Source of the DNA: Ptychomitrium polyphyllum
Lineage: Eukaryota
NCBI GenBank assembly: GCA_973851085.1
Contig: OZ316775.1
Coordinates: forward strand, 248,001-312,000
Reading direction: 5' to 3'
Length of the DNA: 64,000 nucleotides
Position numbers and translations under genes: made by a program. Within the stretch, counting starts at the first letter, position 1, and every line of letters starts with the position of its first letter. Shown here one piece after another: positions 12,601-26,829 of the stretch. The notes under the pieces were generated by a model. That model saw nothing but the letters and a program-made list of their open reading frames with translations, was not told the origin of the DNA and did no database searches.

Positions 12601-15600
12601 AAGGCTTGAAGTGTCTGACATCCATGAGGTTCCGTGTCACACCCACATTAATCTGGGTAATATCTTGTACTTATTATAACGTTGAAAAGAAAGCAAAACA
12701 GCAGACTGTACAGATCATGTATCAGATTACCTAACAATATAAATTACGGTTCACACCAACATAGAAGGGTCATAAACTACAGAAGACCACATGCTAAGTT
12801 GGATAACCATAAATTACAGATCCAGATAATCTAATAATCTTACCTGTAGCGCTTGACCCTGCAGCAACGAGCTTTTTACGAGGACAAGAGCTTGAGGAAG
12901 GACACGTTCTCGAATAGCAGCACCAGCATTAAAGTGGTGTTTTTTATCGACCATCATAGTGCAACATAACTCCAATGTCAATGCTGTCATATGTAAGTCT
13001 GCATCACTGCAAAACCAATAACAACAATAAGCATCCTCAGTAAAGCTTATCAAAATTACAAAAGCATAGACTCAAGGTGAAGACCTTCAGAAGACTACAA
13101 TCCGTCACCAGAAACGCTATTCGGCCTTCGTTCCATTTCAACTATGAAATTGTTCGGTCGCATTACTGCACACTTCAAATCTCTTTTGTTATTAAATGGC
13201 CAACAAACTGAGTTGAATTACTCACCTAATAAGAGAGGATAACTCCGTAACAATGGAATCGTAGCTGGCTGGGCTTATTTTATTGCTGTAAGCAGTAAGC
13301 AGGGAATTGAGTGTGCCCAAAGAGGCCTGTCGCAAAGCCCGGTTAGCCTGTTCAAAACCAGCAAGCGTTAAACTACAGCAGCATTACAACTTCCTTTACA
13401 AACTAACTCGAAAACTTTAAAAATATCATCTAAAAGAGTTTCTACATTATGCATACCTTGCGCAAGAACGTTGTGAGCTCTGTAACAACTTGCTCTAAAA
13501 CTGAAGATAAGTCTATGTTCAAAGGAGACTCAGCAATAGTTGCAAATGCCTGCAATTCAGCACAGTTGTTTCAGGGATCAATTTTGTCATGTCAATTTGA
13601 GCACCCTCTAGGAGTTCACAAACATGATCCAGCACACAACGATGAGGCAGAGACAATAAAATCTTTAATGTTAATGAAGCTTCTACCTTGACAGCTGTAA
13701 GTCTTGTAATTTCATTGCGCAACCGCTCTAACAATAGGGGCAAGCATGTACCCAGCTCCTTCTTGAGATGATCTCCAAGAATAGAAACAACAAGCCCCAT
13801 GCAAGAAATTGCACATTCCTTTACTTCCTGTAATCCACTTCACTACATAAGCTCAAATTACATCAATTATGATCACAGAACCCCAGAAAAGAAACCCTCA
13901 TTGTATGTCACCGCAAGTGAACAGATGTACAACACACATGACTCAAGCACCTGCTTAAATGCACCCCTTCCCACAATCTACAAACCTGGTCTTGATCTTG
14001 AGCCGTCAACCGCTTGAAGATGGCGTTGTATATAGGTTGCACAAATGGAACGAAGTTGAAAGCAGGGGGCTGCAACTTGTAGAAACGATGTGAAGTTTTG
14101 GACATTATCCAATAGATAAATGTTACAAAATACTCAAGTTGTCAGATAGTCACAAGGTTTTATATAAGTATTTTACCATACATATCTCAAAGCTTACATA
14201 ATAAAATTAGCAAATAAAATGATGGATTTCAAATCTTGCAAGTCAACTGCTCACAAACGTGAAATCTGTATAACTGACATCAACTATAGAATTCTTAATC
14301 TAAAAAAACACAAATCATGAGGAATGGCCTTACGTTGTCAAAGTTAGGACGAATCGCTTTGACAAGCTCTCCACAAACTCTTAAAGCCTCTGCAGTCACT
14401 TTGTAATATCTCTCTCCAACGGCAGCAAGCACAGGTGCTGACAAGGCCTAGAACAGCAAAAGGTCAGATGCTCAGGCAGGTATACCCATCCCTTAAAACC
14501 CCTTCACATTCATAATGGCCTGCTTTAAGAGGGCCAAATTCATCATAAGTTATGCATCTATATCAAGAAGAATTGAATTATACAAAAACAAACAGGAGCG
14601 CCAAAGACGTCTGCAGCACTGAGCAATGATGGATAAATATACATGTGTATGTAGAAACTTCAACATAATATACCTTTATGTGTGGGTGAAAGACTGCTGG
14701 TGAATGAGAAGCCATAACCAATCGAGTAAACACCAAAGCTTCGATTTTCAAGTTGGAATTTGATGCCTTATCCTGTATCATAAGAACAGGACATAAGAAA
14801 TCATACCAATTACGTCTACTCAACATAGGCAAATGTTAATATATCATCATCACTTACATTCAATGCCTTCTCAATGCCTGGAACTAAGGAACCCATGTGT
14901 TCAGATAGAGAATTGGGTAGCACTATGACCAGCTCCTTCAAAACAGAGAATGCCCCCACCTGAAGTCCATTAATCAGATTAACCACAACTTTAGGGGTTA
15001 GTACAACCAAAATTTAACAAAATGGGCCAGTTGCAGAAAAGGTTACTCCTAGCACCAGTTGGGTCATACGGTAATTTCCAAAGTGAGAACCTCGACAAAT
15101 TTGGAAAAATTACAGCAGGGAGCTGAAGTTCACCTTCGTCTTCAAAGACTTTTCACGGAGCTGCTTGTTAAGTGACTTAACAACCTTTGGAACTTCCTGT
15201 TGCAGAACATGTAATGGGCTGCCACAATCCAAACAAAGTCAGCCTCAATATCCTATCAGCCCCCCATAGTTAAGCACGTTACATCAATTTGCCCTAGGCT
15301 GCTAGATGGCAAACTGCTGCCCCATCCAAGAAGCTCTAATGTGACCAAGACACAATTGAAAAAATTCATAATAATTGGAGAAGTAGGAGGTAAATAGGCA
15401 CCTGGATGGGTTAGCAAGGCCTCCAGAGCCTTTGGTCACATTCCCTGTTTGCCGAAGTAGATCAATGAAAGCATTGAAGACGTCGATCTGACAAAAGAAA
15501 GCGCCAACTTAGTGGATGAAAAAAATATAAAATTATCCACTGCCTCACGTCAAAAGGTGCCAAAGATATGTACCTTCACATTTTCCTCCCTCTCCTTGAA

Positions 15601-18600
15601 ACGCTCAATCAATTTTGGACTAGCCTGTATCATCACAACGAGAATTATTTGGATACCTTGGATCTTCTAAAGCTAACACTAGGGAGCAAAGCTTGTAAAG
15701 TTTTCTGAGATCGGCATTTCCGAAGTAGCATATCAAGTTCAAATCAAGCAATGTTGTTCAAACACACCACATAGGACATGAAAAAAATCATTTCAGAAAT
15801 ATATTGCGTAGAAAGCAGTCATGCTTGCACATCACATGTCTTGCCGAAAGGGCTTCACAGGAAAAAGAGCAAGGAAAATAAGAGTTCGTACTTTAACATA
15901 AAGTATGGTAATCATCTCGGCTCGAGAAGAGATCACAGCTGACAAGGACTTAGCTGCAGCCCTTCGCACTTTCCAGCTCACATCTTCATCGTCACTGTAC
16001 TCATCGGCACTCTCTCTGCTCAGAACATTCAGGTTTTCAAGTCACCAACCAAGAGAGTGGAAAACCAAGAGATACATCCCCCGAGCTGATTTAGCAATAC
16101 CTAGATGAATAACAGACATCAACGAAGCTGCAAGGTTCTGTCCCATCATTAGCAGGACAAAAATACTAGTATACATATGAAGATGATGTCAGAATCTACA
16201 TAGTATATATATATATATATATGAATACAGAATAGGTAGAACTTTAAGACACAAGCCCTCTGAGAAGATATCAGACTTTGACTCCTTGCTATGGTTGCTC
16301 TAAAAATCAGAGAGAGTGTGGTCGTACTCGTCCTCTTCGTCTTCGCCATCCATATCTTCATCCTGGTCTTCATCCATGTCATCCGTAAAATTGGGGTCGT
16401 AACTTAAATACTCCAAGCTCAAGTCCAAAATCAAGGAGGTATGAGGAGCAACATCTCTGGGGCATCGTAAAATGAAACTCTCCAAAGCCTACACGACAGA
16501 GAAATTTACCTGATAATAGGTTGGAATAGTTCCAATTACAGGTATTGACAACAAATAACATGGAACACCAAGACATTGATGACTCATATTTGCTTCTCAG
16601 GCGTACAACCAAATAACGAGAGCATAAATAAAAACACCAGTGCATGTGAGCTGAAGCCACTGTCAAATTTAGAAGCCATATTCAAGTACCTGCTGCAGTG
16701 TATAACTCAATACACCATAACTAGGATTGAAGCAATATACCTGTAAGCTGTTCTCTCGAAGTTCATCATCGTTCTCAGATGCATTATGACAATAGCTGAT
16801 AAGGAGAGGAACGACTTCGTTTAAATGCGGGCCAAACCGATAACCAACTGCGCGGCTGAAAGCAGAAACCAGAATAACATATGTAAAGTTTAGTACTTAC
16901 ATTTAATATTACTACATCAACGCATTGAAAAATAAAAACAGTACCAATAATGACATAACGCCAGTTCATCTGCCATGCCAAACCTAGCAGAGAAGTTATT
17001 GAGGTCACCAGGTCTACTAATTATCTCAAAAGGCCTTCCCTACAATATGCAGCTATTTGTCTAAAAAAAACTAAAACTCGAAATAGCTGAAAATATATCC
17101 TATGAGGCTATGACTAAAATTTGAAAGCCTAGCCGCTAAGAATATGATTTGTGTCAGATAACCTGTAACACAAGATAAAATTATATGTGCTACCGAAGGA
17201 CACTGCTTGGAGGACCTGCTTGACACTATTGATGCTCGCAACCAGCTGATATATCTGGTAAGTTCCTAAAAGGGAAAAAATATAGTTGAGGTTCTCACCA
17301 GAATGCCCCAATCATTTGGATATTAGTACGTGTCATATCTGGTTTCACATCTTTGTTCTTCAGTATCTGAACAACATTAATAGTTGCCCTTGCAAGAAGG
17401 TCATCAGACATAGTAGCAGCTAAAGTAGCTGCATGCAAAAAAATTCATCAGCACCAATATGCAATGTTCTTCATGGAAATTCACAAGTCCAAGCACAAGT
17501 CCAAACATTAACTGATACTCAATTTTTCATCACATCAGACATCTTCCAGTGAACCTATACACTTACCAAGACACTGAATGGCACGCTTTCGAAGGCCTGC
17601 ACGTTGCAAGTTGAGTTGAACCAGGAGTGCGTTCATCAACTTCTCATGGTCTGCAGTCATTAGACTTCCGAAACGATGGAGAACATCACACAAGATATCC
17701 AGACATTCACTCTTCACCTCTGTGCTTGTGTCCTGCATCAACCATTGTACTCTGATATGAACTCCAGAAGTTATTAACGAAGTATGTTCCAGCATTGAAT
17801 AAAGACGTTACGCACACCACACATGTACTGAATCTAACAGATGTGAAGCCTTTGACACAAACCGGATTTGTGATGCCCTTGATCAGCTTTGGAGTGAGAG
17901 AGACAACAACACACTGTGCTACATTCCCACTAGAAATCTCAGCCACAACCGTCTTCAGTGCTATACTCGCAATATCCCGTTGTTGCTCTTTACTGGTAAG
18001 GAGCTTCTGACACAGGGATTCCACAATCTCCACAACTCTACCTTCATGGACCTTTTTCACCAATGGCGCCAAGCTGCATACAAAAGTGGTATGAATCAGA
18101 AAATAGCTGAGATAAAGTTGCATAACTAGTGTTCGATCAAATACCCTTAAATTAATGACATCCTCTCGAGATTTTGCTCACAACTGTGCTGTGGCCTGCT
18201 TGTTACGCCAATTATCCTATAGCGGCTTTGTAATATTTTGGAAGTCTAAAATTTACCTGCTATCTTCACTACAAAAAATGTTTTGAAAGCGATCTCTTAA
18301 AGCGATAATCCAAGGCACATTCCTGATCACGTCGGTACACCCTAAGAAATTTAGGACCCTTAGGGCCGTATCAAGATCATAGCACGAAACAAGATATGTC
18401 CAGCCAATAATCTGACTCCCTCCAACTCCTTATGCATCATTCTTACAAAACACTCTGCTGAAAACGGCGCTAAACCTGACTTATCCCCTTGAATATCGAA
18501 GTTCTTGTCATAGTTCTCAACCAATTCAGACCAGGAAGCTAAGGACCCTAAGGAGTTTGAACTGTACCCTTAAGGAGGACTATGCAAATAATGACTCCGC

Positions 18601-19493
18601 TTAAAAATCCGATCTGTGCATACAATTCGCTCTAAATACACTATGTATAGTAAACATGCACTCACAAACATGCAAAAAATCCCTGCATTTGCAAACATGC
18701 AACAAAGTCCAGACACCAATGATAAAAAGCTCATGTTTAATAAAAGCTTTGTGCTTTTGTGGTTAGGACCAAAGTGAAAAGAATTTGCACGAAAACAAGA
18801 CAAAGCTTACCACTTGACTGCAAGCCCAGATATATCTCCAGATGCATCATCGAGTTGCTGAAGAACTATTTGTGATACTTTGCGTTCAGTATCTGCATCT
18901 AATTTAAAATTATCTTTCTGAAGCTCGTTCAGTAGGTCGGATGTGGCCATATACCGAAAATCCTTGTCTTTTGAAGCAATCTGCACCAACGACCAGAATC
19001 ATCAGGCTCAAAACAATTAGAAGTAAATAGAGAATAAATATGATTCAAGGCCAAGTAATCTCAGGTCCAGTATTCACGCCCAAGTAAAATCTATTCACAG
19101 ACATGCAACTCATAACTGAGATAAATAATCGAGGAAGAAAGGACCAAAGATCTAAGAGAGGTCCATGACTCCATTTACACTTCAGCAGGTCATTGCATCC
19201 AAAATGCTCATATTTCTGCAGTAATCATGGGCTCTTTGGAGAGGTCTTGAAGAAATCTTCAAATTAAAGGTGAACCATGAGCTAAGTCTGAATTAGACTT
19301 AAACCCGATGTTTGCATAGTGTTAATTCCTTCTATTCTCTTAAATATACACTTCGCTCTGACTCCAGAGCAAAGAACGTCGCTTACAAAGTTCTTTTGAA
19401 CGTCTGACGACAGCCGATCTTACAAAGCAATAAACAAAGTTAGAAAGGAGCATTTACCTTTTCTAAAATCAGGCCCACTGCAAGACTCGCCAT
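9687..19493 (-). CDS. CAND1: Cullin-associated NEDD8-dissociated protein 1 (HEAT-repeat SCF exchange factor), about 28 coding exons
   Basis: First exon 19493-19458 is [12 protein letters not shown]. Later exons include [132 protein letters not shown] and [18 protein letters not shown] (10159-10021). Last exon 9819-9687 ends GDIMDLN-TAA. The GT-AG boundaries I checked keep the frame. Confidence 0.96.
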
Positions 19494-21110
19494 CTTGACA
19501 GAGTCTGTTTGACCTGAGGCCTCTGATATTTGTACCAGGTCTAGAAAGGATAACTGTTCCTGCCAATGCCTCCTGCTGTAATTTAGATCATAACACCAAT
19601 GGAGAGCGCAGTTGCAGTTGCAGTTGCATACAAAGCCAGGAGATGTTGCTCCACCATAAGTTCTGCACAAAGACGTAGAATATATAGTTTGAGTTACAAA
19701 TAAAAGGGCCGACTCAAAAACAGTGCACTTCAATAATTTCTTCGGAATTCAAACCAGAATAAGAACATACATGTCTGCAGCAATGACATCTAAAAGTTAA
19801 TATACAGCACAGCAGAGCTGCGTCGCACTTTCAGCACCAAAAATCTGCTGTAAATCCTCCGCTATGATGTTTTCTTTCAAGTCCAAAATAGAGAAGCATC
19901 TGGCAGTGACTCGAAAAAATAAATGAAACCAAAGTCCACCAAATTTGCCCCAGCAGCAAAACCCTAATCTCAAACCTTAAGATCAACACCCTGCTGACAA
20001 ATTGAGAATGAGATATCTAATCAGCTCTAGACAAGTGCTGAAGAGCATTAAAGTTGAGTGCCAGGACATTTACAGTAGGTTCAAACTTAAGAAACCTTTG
20101 AGGAATCCAGGAAGGTTAAGAAAATCCAATGTAGCCTATAGATGAAGAAATCATGAGAAATCACTCACACTGCACCAACTTTCATTCCCGGTGGCAGTGT
20201 TTCAATCCTACTGCTCTAGACGTACAGCGCCCTAATCATTGTAGTATTAGAACCATCGAGACAACCACTTAGGGCAAGAATCCAACATCAGTTTCAATTC
20301 TTCATCCTGTGAGCCACCTCCGTAATCCAAATCAATCCAGAGCATTTACTGAACACTTTCACGTCCTAAAGGACTCCTAAAAAATTTCTGCAATTCACAT
20401 CACAATGCGAAATGCAATAATCTCGTACATCGTTGTTCTAAATCACAGCATTTGCGTCCAAGTTGACTCAATCAACCAAAATCAAACAACAACAACAACT
20501 CCCGGGTGGCCGCTCTAACCAACCTGAATGCGATCCCACCACACTCCACATTGCCAACTCCCAACTCCCAACTCCCAAGCCCCACACGAGAACTACCGAT
20601 CGCCTCCCTAATCACGAACCACTCCAAAGCACTTCTAGCGCTGCTGACAATCACGTATCACGAAGTCGTCTTCATCAAGCAAGCCTCGCCAACATCAACA
20701 TCCATCGTCAAACAATCGATTTCCTCTCTGTCTCTCAAACCCTAACAACGCATGTCTCCCAAGAAAAACACACTCGAGCTCCGGGAATAGCAACGCTCTG
20801 AATAACTGACGCATCTAGGGGATCTCAGCTGCAGAATGCGCTCTGACATAATCCCTGAGTGCGACTGAGTAAATGAAGAGGAAACACGAGGGCTTCAAAT
20901 GAAAGAAAAGAGGAGCGAGAGCAAGAGCGAGAGGAAAGACCTTGGACGTTTGTTGCAATCGCAGTCGCGATGATCGAGCACAGGTGGAGTCCGCTTACAA
21001 AATCAACTCCAGAGCTTCGGAAGAATGAGGTCTCCCCCACGGCAGTGGCGGTGGCGGTGGCGGTGGCGAGGCTCGTCGTTGTGGTCGTGGTGGTCTCCGG
21101 CATCGCCTGA
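19494..21110 (-). other. Probable CAND1 5' UTR with a ~1.35-kb intron (non-coding first exon ~21110-20941 containing a GCCACC repeat)
   Basis: Minus-strand donor AAG|GTCTTT at 20940 and acceptor-like TACAG/CAG at ~19574-19581. GC-rich segment with (GCCACC)n at ~21041-21068. Transcription start is inferred only. Confidence 0.45.
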
Positions 21111-22879
21111 GAGTTTGCGTTTTGGTTAAGAGTTTCCCTTTGTGTGGACTTTGTCTGTCTAGGAATTTAGGGTTCGCGTCTAAGTCAGTCGTCGGGTCGT
21201 TTCCCCACACTATGCTCTCTGTGTGTCACTTACGAATGTTCACGCTCCCCAGACCCCAACACCGTCCCCTTCACCTCCCACGGTGATCCTGAGCTCCACC
21301 CTTCGTCGGCTTTGGAAATCGGAAGCCAATCTCCACTGGCGCTCCTGTAACTGCACCCTATGTCTACCGCTCGTTTACATTTCACAGCATGTCTGATCGC
21401 ACAAAGGGATCAAATTAGGGATAAGAAAAGGATAAACTAACCTTTCATACCAAGGGAATGTACATGGGCACAAACGTTGGAGTGAACCACACGGGAACAA
21501 ACATCTTACAATCAACCACCATTAGATTGGAGTCCGTCAAATAGGGATAACCATGAATTATGAGGAACCACAAGTGGATGGAACAAATCATGAGGTTCAT
21601 GTTTGAGTAACTTTGCTCATGTAGAAGTGTTACATTATTGCATGAAGTCCTTTACATACTTCCACACTTATGACCACTAAAAATCTCTAACAATTAATTC
21701 CATCACCTTATTAAACCAAAAATTGTTCAAATTGCAAGAAAGTTGTGGCATGCTCAAAGGATTTTCAATTGCATGGATTTTTGAAGAAGGTGCAAAAGTT
21801 TTTTATTATAAAATAATCAATTTCACAATTCAAACTCTTTAAGACCATTTAAAAATGCACTAATTGTTAGGAATATAAGATTTTAGGAACCAAATAAGAA
21901 TTGGTCTTAAGAATTAGCCTCCAAAGCGCTACTTCATATTATTAATTGGTGCAAGAATTTGAAACAAGGAAACAAAAAGAATGTGCTCTATAACTTGTAT
22001 TGGTAAGACTAAGGTGTACCTTATTTTGCTTCCAATTTACATCTAAAGCCTATGCTTCCTAAAATACTTCTAAAAAAGCTTCCAAAAAGACATAGAACAT
22101 TTTGGAGGTCTATAAAACTTCCTTTAATAATTTTTGTAAAGAAATGGAAGCTACTAAAAGTTTCTTTGAAGTAACAAGATGATATTAAAAGCTATCAAAA
22201 TATTCTTCAAAACTATATTGCAATTACATCCATGACATTAGTGCCTTTGAGGCACTTCATTATACTTCAAGCAAATGAATTATTTGTCAAGGCCTTCCAA
22301 ATTTTGTTACAAAAGAATATAAAGTTGTGTGAACTAAAATACCGTTTCACTAATTGAAACGATTCCTAGCTCACATGTTTCTTTTTATATTGATATGTGT
22401 TAAGCATTTTGTAGTATTTGTGATGGATCTCTAGCCTATTTAACTTTTAATGAGCAAGTTTAATGTTTGTTATTTTTGGTAGCCTAACTAGAAATGTTTA
22501 GCTTCAATTCTTTTATATAATTAAGTGGCTAGCAACTACCATTATTAGTGGTCACAAAATGTGAGCCTAATAAGCATTTTAATTTTGGTAGCTTACTAAA
22601 AGTGTTCAACTTATTCTATGGAACTACTTAATTATCAATTGATAACTTTTTGTGAATACTTTATTTTCCACTGTTTGATGAGTCACTTGCTTACAAGCCT
22701 TAATAAAACCTCTAATTGTCATCCAATTCTAATATGGGTCCTCTTGTCTAGTCTACTACCTTCAAATTCTCTAGTTGCAACAGTTAAACCTCCAAGGACT
22801 CAATTAAAACACCGATTATACATAGACTCCAACACAAAAATGTGACTACTCTTCTACAATAATTAAATGACATCAAGGC

Positions 22880-24075
22880 ATGGTTGTTGTCCTTTGGGCC
22901 GTTGTACTTGAGTCGTGTTGAAGTAGATCACCGTGCAATCCTAACTTCCCTTGCTGCCAGTCCCTTCACCGTCTTCTTTTTTCTATTTTACTCCAGTTTT
23001 GCAGATTGCGGTGGATCTTCCGCGTAGCTAGTCTTTGCTGTTAAACCTGGTCGCTTGTACTTGAAACTCCGCCGGTTCCGCAGTCGAGAACCTTGCGTTC
23101 CGACAGAGCTCTTGCCTTTGGTTTAGTGTGGATTCAGTACAGGGCTACCAATTCCTCCGTTGTTTTTTGCTCTCTATTTCACTCCAGCTTCATAGATTGC
23201 GATGGATCCTCACGTAATTGGTCTCTACTCCGCAAATTCCGCCTTCAAAGATTTCAACCTTGTCGGCCTTGCATTCTTCTTGACGCAATACCGTTTCCCC
23301 TCAAACTTGCTCAAGGAAAAGACGGAATAAAAAACAACTACAAAGCTCTAACTAAATTAGGGTTGTCCTCCTCTTCTACACTCTTACAAACACTTGCTAA
23401 CTCTTATTTTACCTATTCCTTCCTAAAACTATTGCATCAATCTTAATTCTTGCTTACTTCTTTTTTACTTCTGCCAAACTTACTTGCAATTCTCTCATTC
23501 CCTCAAAAACTCTTCCTCCAAGACTTTCTTCTAAGAGACTTCTTCCTCCCTTTCTACTACTAATTTAATTATTTGTAATTCTAATCCTCTAAATCTTACT
23601 CCTCCAAACCACTTTCAAACTACTTTAACTACTTCTTAAATACCCTCTTTCAATTCTTGAATTTCCTAACCGAATTGTAACAATAATATTTCTTAACTTT
23701 AGAATTTTTAAATATAGCTGCAGTTCTAAAATCAACAGCTGTTCTAGATTTTAACTATCATTCTAAATTTAATTGCAGTTCTAAAATCAATAGTTATTTT
23801 AGATTTTGACTATCATTCAAAATTTAGTTGCGGTTCTAAAATCAACAGCTATTTTAGAATTTGACTATCATTCTAAATTTAGCTACGGTTCTAAAATTTG
23901 TAGTTGTTCTAGATTTTGACTATTATTCTAAATTTAGTTGCGGTTCTAAGATCAGTAGCAAATGTTTCCAAATTTTAGAATTCACCTTTCTTTCTATAAT
24001 TTCATTCTTGCATTGGCCTTAAGTGTCATGGAGCATGAGCATTTGCCCACTTGCCCTTTATTTCCTTTAATAACA
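22880..24075. mobile_element. Probable transposon remnant (solo-LTR-like)
   Basis: Compositionally distinct island. It contains a diverged ~45-bp direct repeat (22983-23030 vs 23175-23220), a pyrimidine-rich tract and a 56-57-bp tandem array. No TSD could be confirmed. Confidence 0.4.
23715..23960. repeat. Minisatellite, ~56-57-bp unit, about 4.5 copies
   Basis: Consensus approx. GCGGTTCTAAAATCAACAGCTGTTCTAGATTTTGACTATCATTCTAAATTTAGTT, with units starting near 23719, 23775, 23830, 23885 and 23940. Confidence 0.85.
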
Positions 24076-24225
24076 ACTATAATCCAACTTCTTTTGCCTT
24101 AATTAGACCATATCTCTTCTACAATGTTACATTTTGTCATTTTTTAAGAGAAAATCTATAATGAGCTAATTCTATAGTTCACATAAAGCCAACAACTCTT
24201 CCAATAGAACAATTTTTATATAAAA

Positions 24226-24265
24226 AATCATATATTGTGGTATTCAATCATATATTGTGGTATTC
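24226..24265. repeat. Perfect 20-bp tandem duplication
   Basis: AATCATATATTGTGGTATTC x2. Confidence 0.9.
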
Positions 24266-26829
24266 AAAGGGCATAAAAAAAATACAAGGAATTTCAAAAT
24301 ATACTAGTTTGGATTGAATTGGATCCATTATTTGCTCCTCAATGGCACAACATCTTTTATCTTAAAGGAATTATATAACCTTTCCCTATACATTGTCATT
24401 ATTAATAAATTGAAGCATTCGCAATTTTATTTGGTAGATCTTTTAGTGACCATTGTCCAAAATTGAGCATTAAAATGACGAACTTTATTTGGTAGATCAT
24501 TTAGTCATCACCTTCCAAAATTGAGCATTAAAAAAACCAACTACGTTCAAAAAAGAAAACAATGCTTTGCACCATGATTCTGACTCAACAATAAAATCAA
24601 AATCACAACTTTTGCAAAGCCAAATTATTAAATAAAGATTTGGAGGTCTAATGTATAATTCAAGAGTAGACCTACAACTAAGTATCTTGCATTATTGACA
24701 AAGTTCTTTTCTTTAAGCTACAAAAAATCAACATTAACGTGGCTATGGAAGTGGCCACGAATACAAATATTCGTTCATCTTAGTGAAACAAACAATATGA
24801 CACAAATAGCATGGTTCAAGTTAAGTTTACAATTTTATAAGATACACTAGCAAAAGGTGGCCAAGAAAATTGATAAATAGGTTGGATGTACAAATGAAAT
24901 GTATGTGCATTGCAAAATGCTACCAAAACTTGTCCAATGCTATCTTATATAAGAAATAAATCTTCAATGCTTACTTCATTTCTAGATGCAAGAGGAACAA
25001 GCGCTAATTAAGATTTTTAAGAGGAAAAAGAATGTTGTACAAGGCACCATCTATAGAAAGACAAGTGGACAAGAAAAAATAAGGTTAAAGGCAATGAGAT
25101 AGTGTGTAACAAGCACATTAAAGACATTGAAAATAAAAGAATTATGCAACATTGGAATAGACTAGTAGTTGCAAAGAACCTTAATGGTAGGAGAAGTTTG
25201 AAAGTAATTGATATTATGGATATTAGATAGCATATGAAAACAATTAGGGTTAAGAATTAGTCAACAAAGTTCAGATTGTTAAGTTTTGGAACCTTAAGTG
25301 ACCATCTAACAATATGAAAGGTAGTGTAGTAGATAGATTGGCCCATTTCAAAGATATCACCACTCCAATTCAAGTTGGATATAAAATTTCATCTACACCT
25401 AGTAGTAGGAGGCTCAAATGTAAGTAAACATTGAGGGATTTTATTGTTAGGATTAATAATCACCGGACAAACAATTCAAAAATGATATAGCTGAAAGTCG
25501 AGAAGTATAGAGAAAGTATCAAGGCAATAATAAACTAGAATAAAAAATTTTGACATTCAAAACAAAGAAAATGCCAACTTTATTTGAACAAAAACTTCTA
25601 CATTCTAGAAGATTGCAATTTGAATATACATATGTATATATACCTCAATATTTTTGGTAAAGGGTTTTAAATGTAAGTTTAAAGTTCCAAATTCTAAAAT
25701 TTTGGATATGCATAAGTTTCCTTGGATGAATTAATAATGAATAGTGCTAACAACTATCATTCAATAATGTTGAGTTGAAAACTTATATATAATGCCACAA
25801 AGAAGACAATGAATAGTATGTGAATAAGCGTTATTCCATGTGTCTAGCGACAAATTGGACAAGGTTAATTTTGTGGATATATTAAAATAGAAGAATGCTA
25901 TGATTACTGTAGAAAGATGGATTACATGAAGATAATACTTCAAGGCAATGAATGAACCGGATCAGTTGCCCTATGTCAAGGAAAGCTGCTGTCAATGAGG
26001 GCGACGTGAGCTTTAGCTGACCGCTTCTCAAACAACCTCCAAAGATTACTCGCAATAAGTTCTGGTAGCTTTCACTGCAGCTCAAGCACACTGTAATTTC
26101 CAGCCAACATACGGCGAAGCCCTAACTTAATTTAGGCATGCGAGAATGCAGCGGAGAGGTACTTGTTGAACGCAAAGATTCCCTTGCAAGTCTGCCACAT
26201 CAGCAATAATGGGACGTAGGTGGGCCAGACTGGGTTCCAAAATCGATGACCACCAATTCTGGTGGAGCTTCCACTTCAGCAACCCAAGCCGGCCAATCCC
26301 TAACAACTTCTAAATCATAATTATCCCTGTCTCAACCCACTCCTAACCCTAGGTTACACACCCAATCAGTGAGCCAAGTCCTGATTAGTGAAGTCATAAT
26401 AATCACGCTTCCATGCGGGAGCGTCGGAGGAGGACGACGAGACGATGGAGACGAGAGTAATGTTTGCTGAATGGGGGGCGGGCAGGCTCGATTTCCCTAG
26501 AAAGTGAAGTTGAAGTTATTTTATCTTTCCATTACATTGCAGGTGGCTATGGCGGATCACCACTCCTGCTGAGCCCCTCAGGTTCGGAGTCGGAGTCTCA
26601 TGACACGCTCGCCTGCTCGCCTGCCCGCTCCCTCGCACGCCCTGCCGCTGTTCACATGGTGGTGTGCATGGCAGGCAATTAGCTGAGGTTGCTTTTTGGG
26701 GTAGCGGTGGCCAGGGGCATGGTGGCAGCGGAGGGCGATCGTCCCTGGGGTTGATGGGCGGGAAGGTTGGGTGATCTGGTCGTTGACATCGAGCGAGAGA
26801 GAGAGAGAGAGGCGAGGCGGCGGCGCGCG

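Noticed and set aside
23715..23960. Regularly spaced repeats superficially like a CRISPR array
   Set aside because: Whole units are repeated, with no unique spacers and no cas genes, in a eukaryotic context.
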